This document shows, one piece after another, positions 6,819 to 16,011 of a DNA stretch of 30,556 nt. The translations under genes and the position numbers were made by a program. Numbering within the stretch: position 1 is the first letter of the stretch; each line of letters opens with the position of its first letter. The DNA is from Hormoscilla sp. (GTDB lineage: Bacteria; Cyanobacteriota; Cyanobacteriia; Cyanobacteriales; Desertifilaceae): contig JBFRWI010000146.1 of NCBI GenBank assembly GCA_051439505.1, forward strand, positions 1 through 30,556, written 5' to 3'. Under the pieces are notes generated by a model. It saw only the letters and a list, made by a program, of their open reading frames with translations. It was not told the origin of the DNA and made no database searches.

Positions 6819-9413
6819 ATGAACTGTCATAGTAAAATTACAATAAGCATCAGCGAAGTGTCGGAGAGTCCCTTGTTCGCCCTCTCGCCGGAACTGCTGT
6901 GCATTGTCAGTGGAGATGGTTATTTCCGGGAACTCAACCCAGTCTGGGAAAAAACATTTGGTTTTACCAATAGAGAACTCCAAGCTAGTCCTTACACCGA
7001 ATTTATTCACCCTGAAGACCGAAAGGCCACTATTGAGGCGATCGCATCTCTGTCAACGGGATCTCAGACTTGCTGTTTTAAGCATCGCTTTCGCGCTATG
7101 AATGGTTCCTATAAGTGGTTGTCCTGGAAAGCAGTACCCTTGACAGAAGGATGTTGGTACGCGATCGCCCACGACATCACCGCCTGCAAGCTTGCAGAAG
7201 CCAAATATCGCAGCATCTACGAAAACGCCGTCGAAGGCATCTTCCAAACCACCCCTGACGGAAATTATCTGAGCGCTAATCGGACCCTGGCCCGCATCTA
7301 CGGCTACGAAGACACCTCCGAAATGCTAGAGCAACTGACTGATATCGAGTATCAGTTGTACGTCGATCCCAACCGCAGACCCGAATTTCGTCGCCTGCTC
7401 CAAGAAAACGATATTGTCTCGGAGTTTGAATCAGAGGTTTACCGCCAAGATGGCAGCATCATTTGGATTAGAGAAAACGCCCGTAGCGTCCGCGACGAAG
7501 GTGGAAACCTGCTTTACTACGAGGGTTTCGTCGAAGATATCACAGAGCGTAAACAAGCGGAAGCCGAACTAGAACAGTCACTTTCCCTATTGCGTGCCAC
7601 CCTAGAATCAACAGTTAATGGCATTCTGGCAGTGGATTTACAAGGTCTGGCGATCGCCTACAACCAAAAATTTATCCAGATGTGGGGCCTATCCTCTGAA
7701 ATTATGAATCAGGGGTCAAATAGCGACAGACTCAGGTTGATGAGCGAGCAAATAAAAGACCCTCAAGCCTTTATTACCCAGGTCAACTCCTTGTACGACA
7801 ACCCAGCAAGCTTAGGCTACGACATTCTGGAATTAAAAGACGGTAGAATCATTGAGCACCACCAACTCCCCCAGCGGATCGGAGCCAAAATAGTGGGTCG
7901 CGTTTCCAGCTTTTGCGACATCACCGAACGGCAAAAAATCGGGCGCATGAAAAACGAATTTGTCTCAATGGTCAGTCACGAACTGAGAACCCCCCTGACT
8001 TCGATTCGCGGTTCCCTGAGTCTGATTGTCGGTGGTGTCGCTGGCGAAATCCCCCCCCAGGTAAAAGCCCTAGTGGAGATTGGTTATAAAAATAGCGAGC
8101 GTCTGGTGCTGCTGATTAACGACATTCTGGATATCGAAAAGATTGAATCGGGCAAAATGGACTTTAAGATAGAGCCGGTTCAACTCATCCCCTTAGTACA
8201 GCAGGCAATTGAAGCTAATATTGCTTATGGTGAACAGTTTGATGTCAAGTTTAAGTTACATAATGAATTAAACAATGTTTGGGTAAAGGTAGATAGCGAT
8301 CGCCTGATGCAAGTCCTCACTAACCTGCTGTCCAACGCGGCAAAATTCTCCCCCCAAGGGGAAACTGTAGCGATCGCCGTTACTCTCGACGATCGAAACA
8401 TCCGCGTGGAAGTGCGCGATCGCGGTCCTGGCATTTCCGAAGAGTTCCGACCGAAGATTTTCCAGAAATTCGCCCAAGCTGATTCCTCCGATACCCGTCA
8501 GAAAGGAGGCACCGGCTTGGGTTTGAGCATCAGTAAAGCGATTATAGAAAAACTCGGCGGACAGATCGGCTTTGAAAGCGACAGGGGTGCAGGTACAACC
8601 TTCTACTTTATCCTACCTCAATGGCAAGAACTGCCGCCCCGGGATGACCAGTACCCAGAACCAGCACCGCTACGCATCCTGATCTGTGAAAACGATCGGG
8701 ACACGGCCAAGCTGCTGAGTCTGATGCTGTCCCAAGGAGGCTTTGACACCGACATTGCCTACAGTGCCATGGAAGCAAAGCAGCTACTGGCACAACCGGG
8801 CACCAACGAGTACGCGGCCATGACCATAGATTTAGCGATGCCAGACACCGACGGTATTTCCTTGATCCGCGAGTTGCGCCAACATGAGAATTTCCGTCAC
8901 CTGCCGATCGTAGTTGTTTCGGCCAAAGTCCAACAGGATGGGAGTGAAGAATTCGCCGGCAGCGGGTTTGCCGTGATCGACTGGCTAGATAAGCCCATAG
9001 ATCAAGGACGTCTGATCGCAGCGGTGAAGCAAGCAGCCTTGCACAGAGCAGATAGGAAGCCTCGCATTCTCCATATTGAGGACGATCCTGACGTGCGGCA
9101 AGTCGTCTCAGTCATCGTGGGTAATGTCGCGGAGATCTCTCATGCAGCCAATCTTCAAGATGGCCAACAACAGCTAGCCACCCAAACCTTTGACCTAGTG
9201 ATTCTCGACCTGGAATTGCCCGACGGTTCTGGGTGGGAATTGCTGCCCCAGCTGAAGTGCCAGTCGAAGTCACCAGTGCCAGTTGTGGTGTTCTCGGCCC
9301 AAGATGTCGGTCAAGAAACGGCCCGGAAAGTGGCAGCTACATTGGTGAAATCTCGAACATCCAATCAGGATCTGCTTGATACAATTTCTACTTTGATCGC
9401 TAATGGCAAATAG
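6819..9413 (+). CDS. Hybrid sensor histidine kinase (3 PAS, HisKA, HATPase, 2 REC)
   Basis: PAS signatures IHPEDR, EDITER; H-box VSHELRTPL; NLLSNAAKF, DRGPG, GTGLGL; receivers IDLAMPDTDG and LDLELPDGSG. Confidence 0.93.
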   Translation: MNCHSKITISISEVSESPLFALSPELLCIVSGDGYFRELNPVWEKTFGFTNRELQASPYTEFIHPEDRKATIEAIASLSTGSQTCCFKHRFRAMNGSYKWLSWKAVPLTEGCWYAIAHDITACKLAEAKYRSIYENAVEGIFQTTPDGNYLSANRTLARIYGYEDTSEMLEQLTDIEYQLYVDPNRRPEFRRLLQENDIVSEFESEVYRQDGSIIWIRENARSVRDEGGNLLYYEGFVEDITERKQAEAELEQSLSLLRATLESTVNGILAVDLQGLAIAYNQKFIQMWGLSSEIMNQGSNSDRLRLMSEQIKDPQAFITQVNSLYDNPASLGYDILELKDGRIIEHHQLPQRIGAKIVGRVSSFCDITERQKIGRMKNEFVSMVSHELRTPLTSIRGSLSLIVGGVAGEIPPQVKALVEIGYKNSERLVLLINDILDIEKIESGKMDFKIEPVQLIPLVQQAIEANIAYGEQFDVKFKLHNELNNVWVKVDSDRLMQVLTNLLSNAAKFSPQGETVAIAVTLDDRNIRVEVRDRGPGISEEFRPKIFQKFAQADSSDTRQKGGTGLGLSISKAIIEKLGGQIGFESDRGAGTTFYFILPQWQELPPRDDQYPEPAPLRILICENDRDTAKLLSLMLSQGGFDTDIAYSAMEAKQLLAQPGTNEYAAMTIDLAMPDTDGISLIRELRQHENFRHLPIVVVSAKVQQDGSEEFAGSGFAVIDWLDKPIDQGRLIAAVKQAALHRADRKPRILHIEDDPDVRQVVSVIVGNVAEISHAANLQDGQQQLATQTFDLVILDLELPDGSGWELLPQLKCQSKSPVPVVVFSAQDVGQETARKVAATLVKSRTSNQDLLDTISTLIANGK

Positions 9414-9430
9414 CAAATGGCAATTAACAA

Positions 9431-9817
9431 ATGAAACCATTAACTAAGATTATCCTTGTAGAAGATGACCCCGATATTCAAGTCGTAGCCCGTCTGGGCT
9501 TAGAAGCAGTCGGAGGTTTCACTGTAAAATTGTGTAGTTCGGGGTCCGAAGCAATTGCTTCGGCACCTGATTTTGGCCCCGACCTCATTCTGCTAGATGT
9601 GATGATGCCCGGAATGGATGGTCTCAGCACGCTCAAAGCCCTGCGAGATCTGCCCAAAACTGTGGAGACGCCAGTGATCATCCTGAGCGCTAAAGTCCAA
9701 ACTCATGAAGTAGAACATTATCAAGAGTTAGGAGTATTGGATGTGATTTCCAAGCCTTTTGACCCGATGACTCTACCAGCAACTATTCTGAATATATGGA
9801 GACAACATTATGGTTAG
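9431..9817 (+). CDS. Single-domain response regulator
   Basis: VEDD, LLDVMMPGMDG, LSA, KPF. Confidence 0.93.
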   Translation: MKPLTKIILVEDDPDIQVVARLGLEAVGGFTVKLCSSGSEAIASAPDFGPDLILLDVMMPGMDGLSTLKALRDLPKTVETPVIILSAKVQTHEVEHYQELGVLDVISKPFDPMTLPATILNIWRQHYG

Positions 9818-11513
9818 TTCACCTGATTGCGTTCGCGAACAATTTAAGAGCCTGCAAAAAGATTATCAGCAGCAATTGCCTAGTAAAATCAGGCAGATTT
9901 CTGAAATCTGGCATAAGCTAGTGCGCCAGCAGGGTCAGATCGCTGACTGGGAAAAGCTTCATTGTCTGATCCACAGAATGGTAGGCAGCGGGGCGACTTT
10001 TGGCATGAGGGAATTAAGCGAAACTGCCAGGCGGATGGAAGGCTATATTAAGGACATGATGGTAAGTAAGTCCGCTCCAACAGTTGCACAGCAAGCACTA
10101 ATCAATAATGTTTTGAATGAATTGAAACAAATGGCGATCGGGCCCCAGTGGCAGGTAATAGAGACGAGAGTATATCCGCATATTGACGAGAGAAGACAGC
10201 CAATAAAGAAGATATTCATAGGAGAAGAATACCCAAACAATCTCAAGAACAATAAAGTAATTTTTCTGATAGAAGAAGACGAACACCATGCCAATTACTT
10301 AGCAGTACAATTGAGTTGTTTTGGATATAAAATCAGCACATTTAAGGATAAGAATGGGCTAGAAAAAGCGATCGCAGAGATGTCGCCAGATGCAGTAATA
10401 ATGGATATCATGTGGCTGGAACGGCAAATGGCAGGTACAGAAATGATTCGGGGAATTCAGGAAGGTCGAAACTCGCCACTGCCAGTCCTATTTATTTCGG
10501 CTAGAGATGACCTGAAAGCACGCTTGCAGGCAGTAAGGGCAGGGGGTGCAGCTTATTTTCATAAACCGGTTGATATTAGCAGTCTGCTCGACAAGCTGGA
10601 TAGCCTGACAGCCCATGAGATCGGGGATCCCCATCGGATTTTAATTGTTGATGACGAGCCAATTTTAGCGACTTACCATGCTAAAATCTTGAGCAAGGCG
10701 GGCATGGTGACGGAAGTGGTGATCGACCCAATGCGGGTGATGCAATCCTTGGTGGATTTTAAACCGGAGCTGATCCTAATGGATATGTATATGCCCGGTT
10801 GCAATGGTCTGGAACTGGCATCGGTGATTCGCCAGCAGGATGCTTATGTGAGTATTCCGATCGTTTTTCTGTCCGTGGAAACAAATGTGGAGCAGCAGCT
10901 GACGGCGATGCATTTAGGTGGAGATGAGTTTCTGACTAAGCCAATCGAAGCACAGCATCTGATTGCTGAGGTCAAAAGTAGGGTAGAGCGATCGCGCATT
11001 GTCAGCTCCTTTATGGAAAGGGACAGCCTCACGGGACTCCTGAACCATACTAAAATTAAAGAGCGACTCTCAATTGAGGTAGCACGGGCCAACAGACATC
11101 TGAGGCCCCTGGCCTTTGCCATGATTGACATTGACTGCTTTAAGGGAGTCAATGATATCTTCGGTCACTTGAGCGGCGATCGGGTGCTCAAAAGTCTGTC
11201 ACGACTGTTAAAACAACGGCTGCGCAAAACCGATATCATTGGTCGCTATGGGGGAGAAGAGTTTGCTGTTATTTTACCAGATACGGATGCGATCGGGGCG
11301 GCGAAAATCCTCAATGAGATCCGCTGCGGTTTTGCCAAAGTGCGGCAACTTGCCCAGGACGACCATGAGTTTTGCGTCACCTTTAGCTGTGGCGTCGCTG
11401 CTTTTCCCGAATACGACGATGCTAATAGCCTCAACGAAGCCGCAGATAAGGCTTTGTATCAAGCCAAACGCAGTGGGCGCAATCAGTTAGCCTTGGCGGC
11501 GGCTAATAATTAG
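9810..11513 (+). CDS. HPt-REC-REC-GGDEF diguanylate cyclase
   Basis: HPt IHRMVGSGATFG; two receivers with Asp and KP motifs; DSLTGLLN, DIDCFKGVND, I-site RKTD, GGEEF; overlaps the upstream gene by 8 bp. Confidence 0.92.
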   Translation: MVSSPDCVREQFKSLQKDYQQQLPSKIRQISEIWHKLVRQQGQIADWEKLHCLIHRMVGSGATFGMRELSETARRMEGYIKDMMVSKSAPTVAQQALINNVLNELKQMAIGPQWQVIETRVYPHIDERRQPIKKIFIGEEYPNNLKNNKVIFLIEEDEHHANYLAVQLSCFGYKISTFKDKNGLEKAIAEMSPDAVIMDIMWLERQMAGTEMIRGIQEGRNSPLPVLFISARDDLKARLQAVRAGGAAYFHKPVDISSLLDKLDSLTAHEIGDPHRILIVDDEPILATYHAKILSKAGMVTEVVIDPMRVMQSLVDFKPELILMDMYMPGCNGLELASVIRQQDAYVSIPIVFLSVETNVEQQLTAMHLGGDEFLTKPIEAQHLIAEVKSRVERSRIVSSFMERDSLTGLLNHTKIKERLSIEVARANRHLRPLAFAMIDIDCFKGVNDIFGHLSGDRVLKSLSRLLKQRLRKTDIIGRYGGEEFAVILPDTDAIGAAKILNEIRCGFAKVRQLAQDDHEFCVTFSCGVAAFPEYDDANSLNEAADKALYQAKRSGRNQLALAAANN

Positions 11514-11561
11514 TTGCGAATCAATGGCAAATGGCGAATCTACATGAATAAATAATCAACG

Positions 11562-11586
11562 ATTCTCCATTCTCCATTCTCCATTT
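11562..11586. repeat. Heptamer STRR tract (ATTCTCC)x3 between convergent genes
   Basis: Read directly from sequence. Confidence 0.8.
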
Positions 11587-11593
11587 TCAATTT

Positions 11594-12508
11594 CTATAAA
11601 CGCCTTTTTTCAGCCTGAGTTAATGCCACCTGACTATTTTGGCGATAACGCACCGTTCGGTCTTGAGCAATTGCATATTTTTCATGTTCGGGTGGGACAG
11701 AAGCCATTAGATCCGAGGCCCGTTGCCACTGAGCCGCTAAATCCAACCACTCAGCCGAAGTGTTAGCTGTTTGACCATCAACGGCAGCTTTTTGGGCAAG
11801 GCGCACCGCTTCGACAAAAGGCTCTACAGATGCTGGAGATGCCGGAGCAGCAGCTGTAGGATCGACATCCGGGGCCTCTGGCTTAGTTTTAGCTGTCTGA
11901 TTCTCTGTTGATGACTGGACGGGTGCTGGTTGCGTCTGAGTTTGTGTCGTATCTAGGAATTTAAGTCTCAGCCAATAGTAAAGACTCAAGCTAGCGATCA
12001 GCAAGAATAAGAAGATGAAGCTGGAACCCGGCTTAAAGGCACGGGACTGATGCTGCTGGAGATCTAACTTAGAGGAGGGCTTGACCCGTGCAGCTAGCTT
12101 ACTCCTGGGTTTGGTTCGGTATGCTGCGAGACGCTGGAAGATGTTCGGCTGAGCTAAGGTAATTTTTTGGGACCACAGGAGTCGATCGGGATTTTGGCTA
12201 ATGTCTTCGAGCCAGAGCAATTGCTGTTCTTGCACTAGCCGGCTGTTGATTTTAACGCGACGGATATTTCGCGGCTGAATTGACTCCAGAATCTGCCCGA
12301 TGCGATCGACCACTAGAGATTGTTCCAGTTGCTCTACCTGGGCTGCTTCGCACAAAATTTGCAGGACGCCACTGGCAAATATCGCTCTGGTTCTAATCCC
12401 GGTGCTTGCCAGTTTTTCATTTAACAATTGAATAATGGCCGAAACGCTACCCTGGCGAGCTTGAGCCAGGATGTCATCTATCGGATCTACCATCTTCCCT
12501 GTACGCAT
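11594..12508 (-). CDS. Hypothetical single-pass membrane protein (start may be 12493)
   Basis: Long ORF with one hydrophobic segment FIFLFLLIASLSLYYW, a Pro/Thr/Ala linker and a helical C-terminal domain (AVRLAQKA..W..A..W.RA..LM). Confidence 0.8.
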   Translation of the reverse strand: MRTGKMVDPIDDILAQARQGSVSAIIQLLNEKLASTGIRTRAIFASGVLQILCEAAQVEQLEQSLVVDRIGQILESIQPRNIRRVKINSRLVQEQQLLWLEDISQNPDRLLWSQKITLAQPNIFQRLAAYRTKPRSKLAARVKPSSKLDLQQHQSRAFKPGSSFIFLFLLIASLSLYYWLRLKFLDTTQTQTQPAPVQSSTENQTAKTKPEAPDVDPTAAAPASPASVEPFVEAVRLAQKAAVDGQTANTSAEWLDLAAQWQRASDLMASVPPEHEKYAIAQDRTVRYRQNSQVALTQAEKRRL

Positions 12509-13117
12509 CAATTTTCTAGTGGACTGCTGGTGGCATTAAAAAATTTACCTTGCTTTGACACCAATCTAAAACGCGATTCCATGCCCACCAACAATCCGGA
12601 TCTTGGGCAAGACGCTGGCATGCGATACTACTAAGATAGCCAACATGACCCCCGTAGGCAGCTTGCAAGTCAGGCACAATCGTGGGATAAAACATGGGGT
12701 CTTTAGATATTTTTACATCACTATGTAAATTTGCTGCCCGATCCTCTGCTGTTACTACCGATCGCCGGCGAGCGCCTGGGTAGTCTGTCTGGAAAGCGCG
12801 TGGCACGCGCCATGTTTATCCCACCGTCACACCTGCTGTACATCCTATACCGCTTTTTGCTCTGGCCGAGTCGAGATCATCAAGAGACATGTTCAGGACA
12901 ACTCTACGTATAACCGATCTCGGGCTCAATTCCAGATTTCTTTAAGGAGAGCTTAACAAATTACCTAAATTTGCTTATAATCTGTATAGCAATCTTAGGA
13001 TATCTCAAACTATCCTTATCAATCCTTAACAATTGGAATATTTGACCGCCATTGTCCAACTTGGAACGGATCGGATGATCGTATAATTGACGCTCGCGCC
13101 AGAGGAATAGGTGTAAA

Positions 13118-13864
13118 ATGATGCCCCGAATACTGATAATAGAAGACGATCCTGCTATCTCAGAATTAGTAGCGGTAAATCTGGAAATGGCTGGATATGA
13201 CGTGAACCAAGCGCCCGATGGCGTCAAAGGCCAGGCTTTGGCCCTACAGTTAATGCCAGATCTGATTGTCTTAGACCTGATGCTGCCCAAGGTAGATGGT
13301 TTCACAATCTGCCAACGCCTGCGTCGGGACTCCAGGACTGCGGATATCCCCGTTTTGATGTTGAGTGCCCTCGGTCAAACCCAAAATAAAGTGGAAGGGT
13401 TTAATGCCGGTGCCGATGATTACCTGACCAAACCCTTTGAAATTGAAGAAATGCTGGCCAGGGTGCGGGCCCTGCTCAGACGCACGGACCGCATTCCCCA
13501 AGCAGCTAAGCATAGCGAAATCTTGAACTATGGCCCCCTGACCCTGGTGCCAGAACGATTTGAGGCCATATGGTTCGATCGCACGATTAAACTGACGCAC
13601 CTGGAGTTCGATCTGCTGCACTGCTTACTCCAGCGTCACGGTCAGACGGTCTCTCCCAGTGACATCCTCAAGGAAGTTTGGGGTTATGACCCCGATGATG
13701 ATATTGAGACTATCCGGGTGCATATCCGGCATTTAAGAACGAAGTTGGAACCGGAGCCCCGCCATCCCCGTTACATCAAGACTGTCTATGGAGCCGGCTA
13801 TTGCCTGGAGTTGCCGAGCACTAGAAGCTTGACTCAGGTTATGGCCACATCAATATCAGCTTGA
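13118..13864 (+). CDS. rpaA: OmpR-family response regulator RpaA (circadian output)
   Basis: [33 protein letters not shown] and [27 protein letters not shown] match RpaA. Confidence 0.93.
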   Translation: MMPRILIIEDDPAISELVAVNLEMAGYDVNQAPDGVKGQALALQLMPDLIVLDLMLPKVDGFTICQRLRRDSRTADIPVLMLSALGQTQNKVEGFNAGADDYLTKPFEIEEMLARVRALLRRTDRIPQAAKHSEILNYGPLTLVPERFEAIWFDRTIKLTHLEFDLLHCLLQRHGQTVSPSDILKEVWGYDPDDDIETIRVHIRHLRTKLEPEPRHPRYIKTVYGAGYCLELPSTRSLTQVMATSISA

Positions 13865-13926
13865 CCAACCAGGGATAGCTTTTGTTAAACTATCCCTTTG
13901 TAGAATATCTATCACGGGTAAATGCC

Positions 13927-14406
13927 TTGCTAGACGAACAAGCTAAAAAAACAATGCTGCGGAAGATTCCCCACGGACTCTATATCTGTGGGGTGTGCGA
14001 TGGTGAGGAAGTGAATGGTTTCACTGCTAGCTGGGTGATGCAGTCTTCCTTTAAGCCGCCCCTGGTGGTAAATTGCGTGAAGCAAGATTCCAAATCCCAT
14101 GCCATGATTAAATCCAGTGGTGTCTTTGCCCTGAGCTTTCTGGAAGCGGGCAGAAAGGACTTGGCCCAGCAATTCTTCAAGCCCCAGCGCCGCGTCGGGA
14201 ATAAGTTTGAAGATGTGGAATTCTATCTGGGAGAAACTGGCTGCCCCATTATCAGCGATTCTCTGGGATATGTAGAGTGTAAGGTAGTGGGTGCGGTAGA
14301 ACAGGGCGACCATACTGTCTATGTTGGGGAAGTCATTGCTGCTGGCATCCACAAAGAGGGCGAACCCCTGCGATTGGAAGATACTGGCTGGAATTACGGC
14401 GGTTAA
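13927..14406 (+). CDS. Flavin reductase-like (DIM6/NTAB) protein
   Basis: LRKIPHGLY, NGFTASWVMQSSFKPPLV, GDHTVYVGEV; TTG start at 13927 preferred. Confidence 0.88.
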   Translation: MLDEQAKKTMLRKIPHGLYICGVCDGEEVNGFTASWVMQSSFKPPLVVNCVKQDSKSHAMIKSSGVFALSFLEAGRKDLAQQFFKPQRRVGNKFEDVEFYLGETGCPIISDSLGYVECKVVGAVEQGDHTVYVGEVIAAGIHKEGEPLRLEDTGWNYGG

Positions 14407-14483
14407 GAGGTATGATGGCTAATGGTTCATGGTTGATGGCATGAACTATTAGCAATGAAGAGTTAGTATCAGGTAAGTGAAAT

Positions 14484-14834
14484 ATGCCTTTGATTAAAGT
14501 TCAAACTTCTGCCCCGGCCCCGGAAAAAACAGCTGTTCAGGGGATCCTGCAAGTGCTTTCGGCTAAGTTGGCAGGGCATTTGGGTAAACCTGAATCTTAC
14601 GTAATGACGGCTTTTGAACCAGATGTGGCCATGACTTTTGCTGGGACTTTAGATCCGGTGTGCTATATCGAGATTAAAAACGTCGGCGGTATGAGTCCAG
14701 CTCAAACTAAGTCCATGAGTCAGGATTTTTGCCAGGTGATTTCTGAAAAGCTGGACGTTCCCCCAAATCGCATTTATATTGAGTTCGCAGGCGCTCAAGG
14801 ATCGATGTGGGGCTGGAATAATTCGACTTTTTAA
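14484..14834 (+). CDS. MIF / phenylpyruvate tautomerase-family protein
   Basis: N-terminal MP (catalytic Pro1), LGKPESYVM, RIYIEF, WGWNNSTF. Confidence 0.92.
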   Translation: MPLIKVQTSAPAPEKTAVQGILQVLSAKLAGHLGKPESYVMTAFEPDVAMTFAGTLDPVCYIEIKNVGGMSPAQTKSMSQDFCQVISEKLDVPPNRIYIEFAGAQGSMWGWNNSTF

Positions 14835-14842
14835 GTAGGCTA

Positions 14843-14873
14843 GGGTGCATCTCAAGACAACAATGATGCACCC
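14843..14873. repeat. REP-like palindrome GGGTGCATC-N13-GATGCACCC
   Basis: 9-bp perfect inverted repeat; half-sites ATGCACCC also near 293, 2252 and 3461. Confidence 0.65.
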
Positions 14874-14910
14874 ACAAACTACTATAAACTAGGAAGGATT
14901 TAGCAGACAG

Positions 14911-15162
14911 ATGATTGAATCAGAAATACTCGAAAAATTGCAAGAAACGTCAATAGTCGATCGCATCGGAATTATTGAAGCAATTCTGCGATCGGTCAAG
15001 CACGATCTGCCTAAGGCTTCGGAACAACAGATTTTACCTGGGCAGTATCCCCTCAGAGGAAAAGTGATTCGCTATGACGATCCCTATGAACCGGCGGTAG
15101 CCACAGAAGACTGGGAGGCACTCGATTATCTGGATTTCATGCCGATCCAGCAGACCAGATAA
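14911..15162 (+). CDS. Putative VapB-type antitoxin with a C-terminus altered by read-through into a deleted toxin gene
   Basis: Tail YPLRGKVIRYDDPYEPAVATEDWEAL resembles antitoxins preceding PIN toxins; directly followed by a vapC fragment. Confidence 0.65.
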   Translation: MIESEILEKLQETSIVDRIGIIEAILRSVKHDLPKASEQQILPGQYPLRGKVIRYDDPYEPAVATEDWEALDYLDFMPIQQTR

Positions 15163-15251
15163 TCGTCGCAACGGCTAAGGTTTACAGTTCATTATTACTT
15201 ACTCAGGATCGAAAAATATTGAATTCTTCTGAGGTGAAAACATTTTCATAA
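15123..15251 (+). pseudogene. vapC: 3' remnant of a PIN-domain (VapC) toxin
   Basis: Translation RLSGFHADPADQIIVATAKVYSSLLLTQDRKILNSSEVKTFS-stop carries PIN motifs HxDPxD..I.ATA and LLTxD; N-terminal portion absent. Confidence 0.85.
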
Positions 15252-15397
15252 ACAGGATGATTATTAAAACACCGTTATGTTTATTCAATACTTTAATTAT
15301 CCTCAGGTATATGATCCCAAAAAACGCTATGAGTAGCTATATAGAACCCCATGAGAAGATGCTGTAAAAAATTTAATCGTTAAAGAAATATTGAATC

Positions 15398-15452
15398 GTT
15401 GTTGCGGCAACAGCGGCAACAGTAGAGATGATATAGCTGTTGCCGCAACAAC
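15398..15452. terminator. 17-bp perfect inverted repeat just downstream of the methyltransferase stop; probable terminator or stabiliser
   Basis: GTTGTTGCGGCAACAGC (15398-15414) and GCTGTTGCCGCAACAAC (15436-15452). Confidence 0.55.
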
Positions 15453-15477
15453 TTTCTTATACAGCTATAGTTGGTGC

Positions 15478-16011
15478 CTAACCTAGCTTGCGGACAATCA
15501 CCAGGTCGTGGCTACAGCTTTTTAAAACCTGGATCCGGGTTTTTTCCACTTCAGCCAGAATACCCTCATCGTAATACTCTTTCAGTTTGTTGTAATAATA
15601 GTCGTTGTCTTCAACCATTAAATTCATCGCCAACAAACCTTGGGGTTTCAAAATCCGAATCAGTTCGGAGAAAGCATTTAATGGCACCTGCTTGCGGGTA
15701 AACACGCCGCAAGAGATGAAGGCGTCAAATTCCCGGTCTGCAAAATCAAGCCGTTTCCCCAACTCTGCTAGATCTAAACCTTTATAAATCTTCAACTCTT
15801 GCGCGACTTGCAAAGATTTTTCGCTGATATCTATTCCATGCAAGTTTGAAAAATTGTAAGAATTCAATTCCTTGCCCAACAAACCTGTCCCGCACCCCAC
15901 GTCTAATATTTTGTCGGTACTCTGCAAGTAAGATGTGAGGGTGTATACCAGATGATTGAGCAGAATTTTCCAGCCGTTGTCATTGTGTTCCCGGTCATAA
16001 TCAGATACCAA
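15478..16011 (-). CDS. Class I SAM methyltransferase; probably the frameshifted C-terminal domain of the upstream gene
   Basis: ILDVGCGTG, GIDIS, FDAFISCGVF, ELIRILKPQG; weak TTG start inside the upstream ORF. Confidence 0.8.
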   Translation of the reverse strand: MVSDYDREHNDNGWKILLNHLVYTLTSYLQSTDKILDVGCGTGLLGKELNSYNFSNLHGIDISEKSLQVAQELKIYKGLDLAELGKRLDFADREFDAFISCGVFTRKQVPLNAFSELIRILKPQGLLAMNLMVEDNDYYYNKLKEYYDEGILAEVEKTRIQVLKSCSHDLVIVRKLG

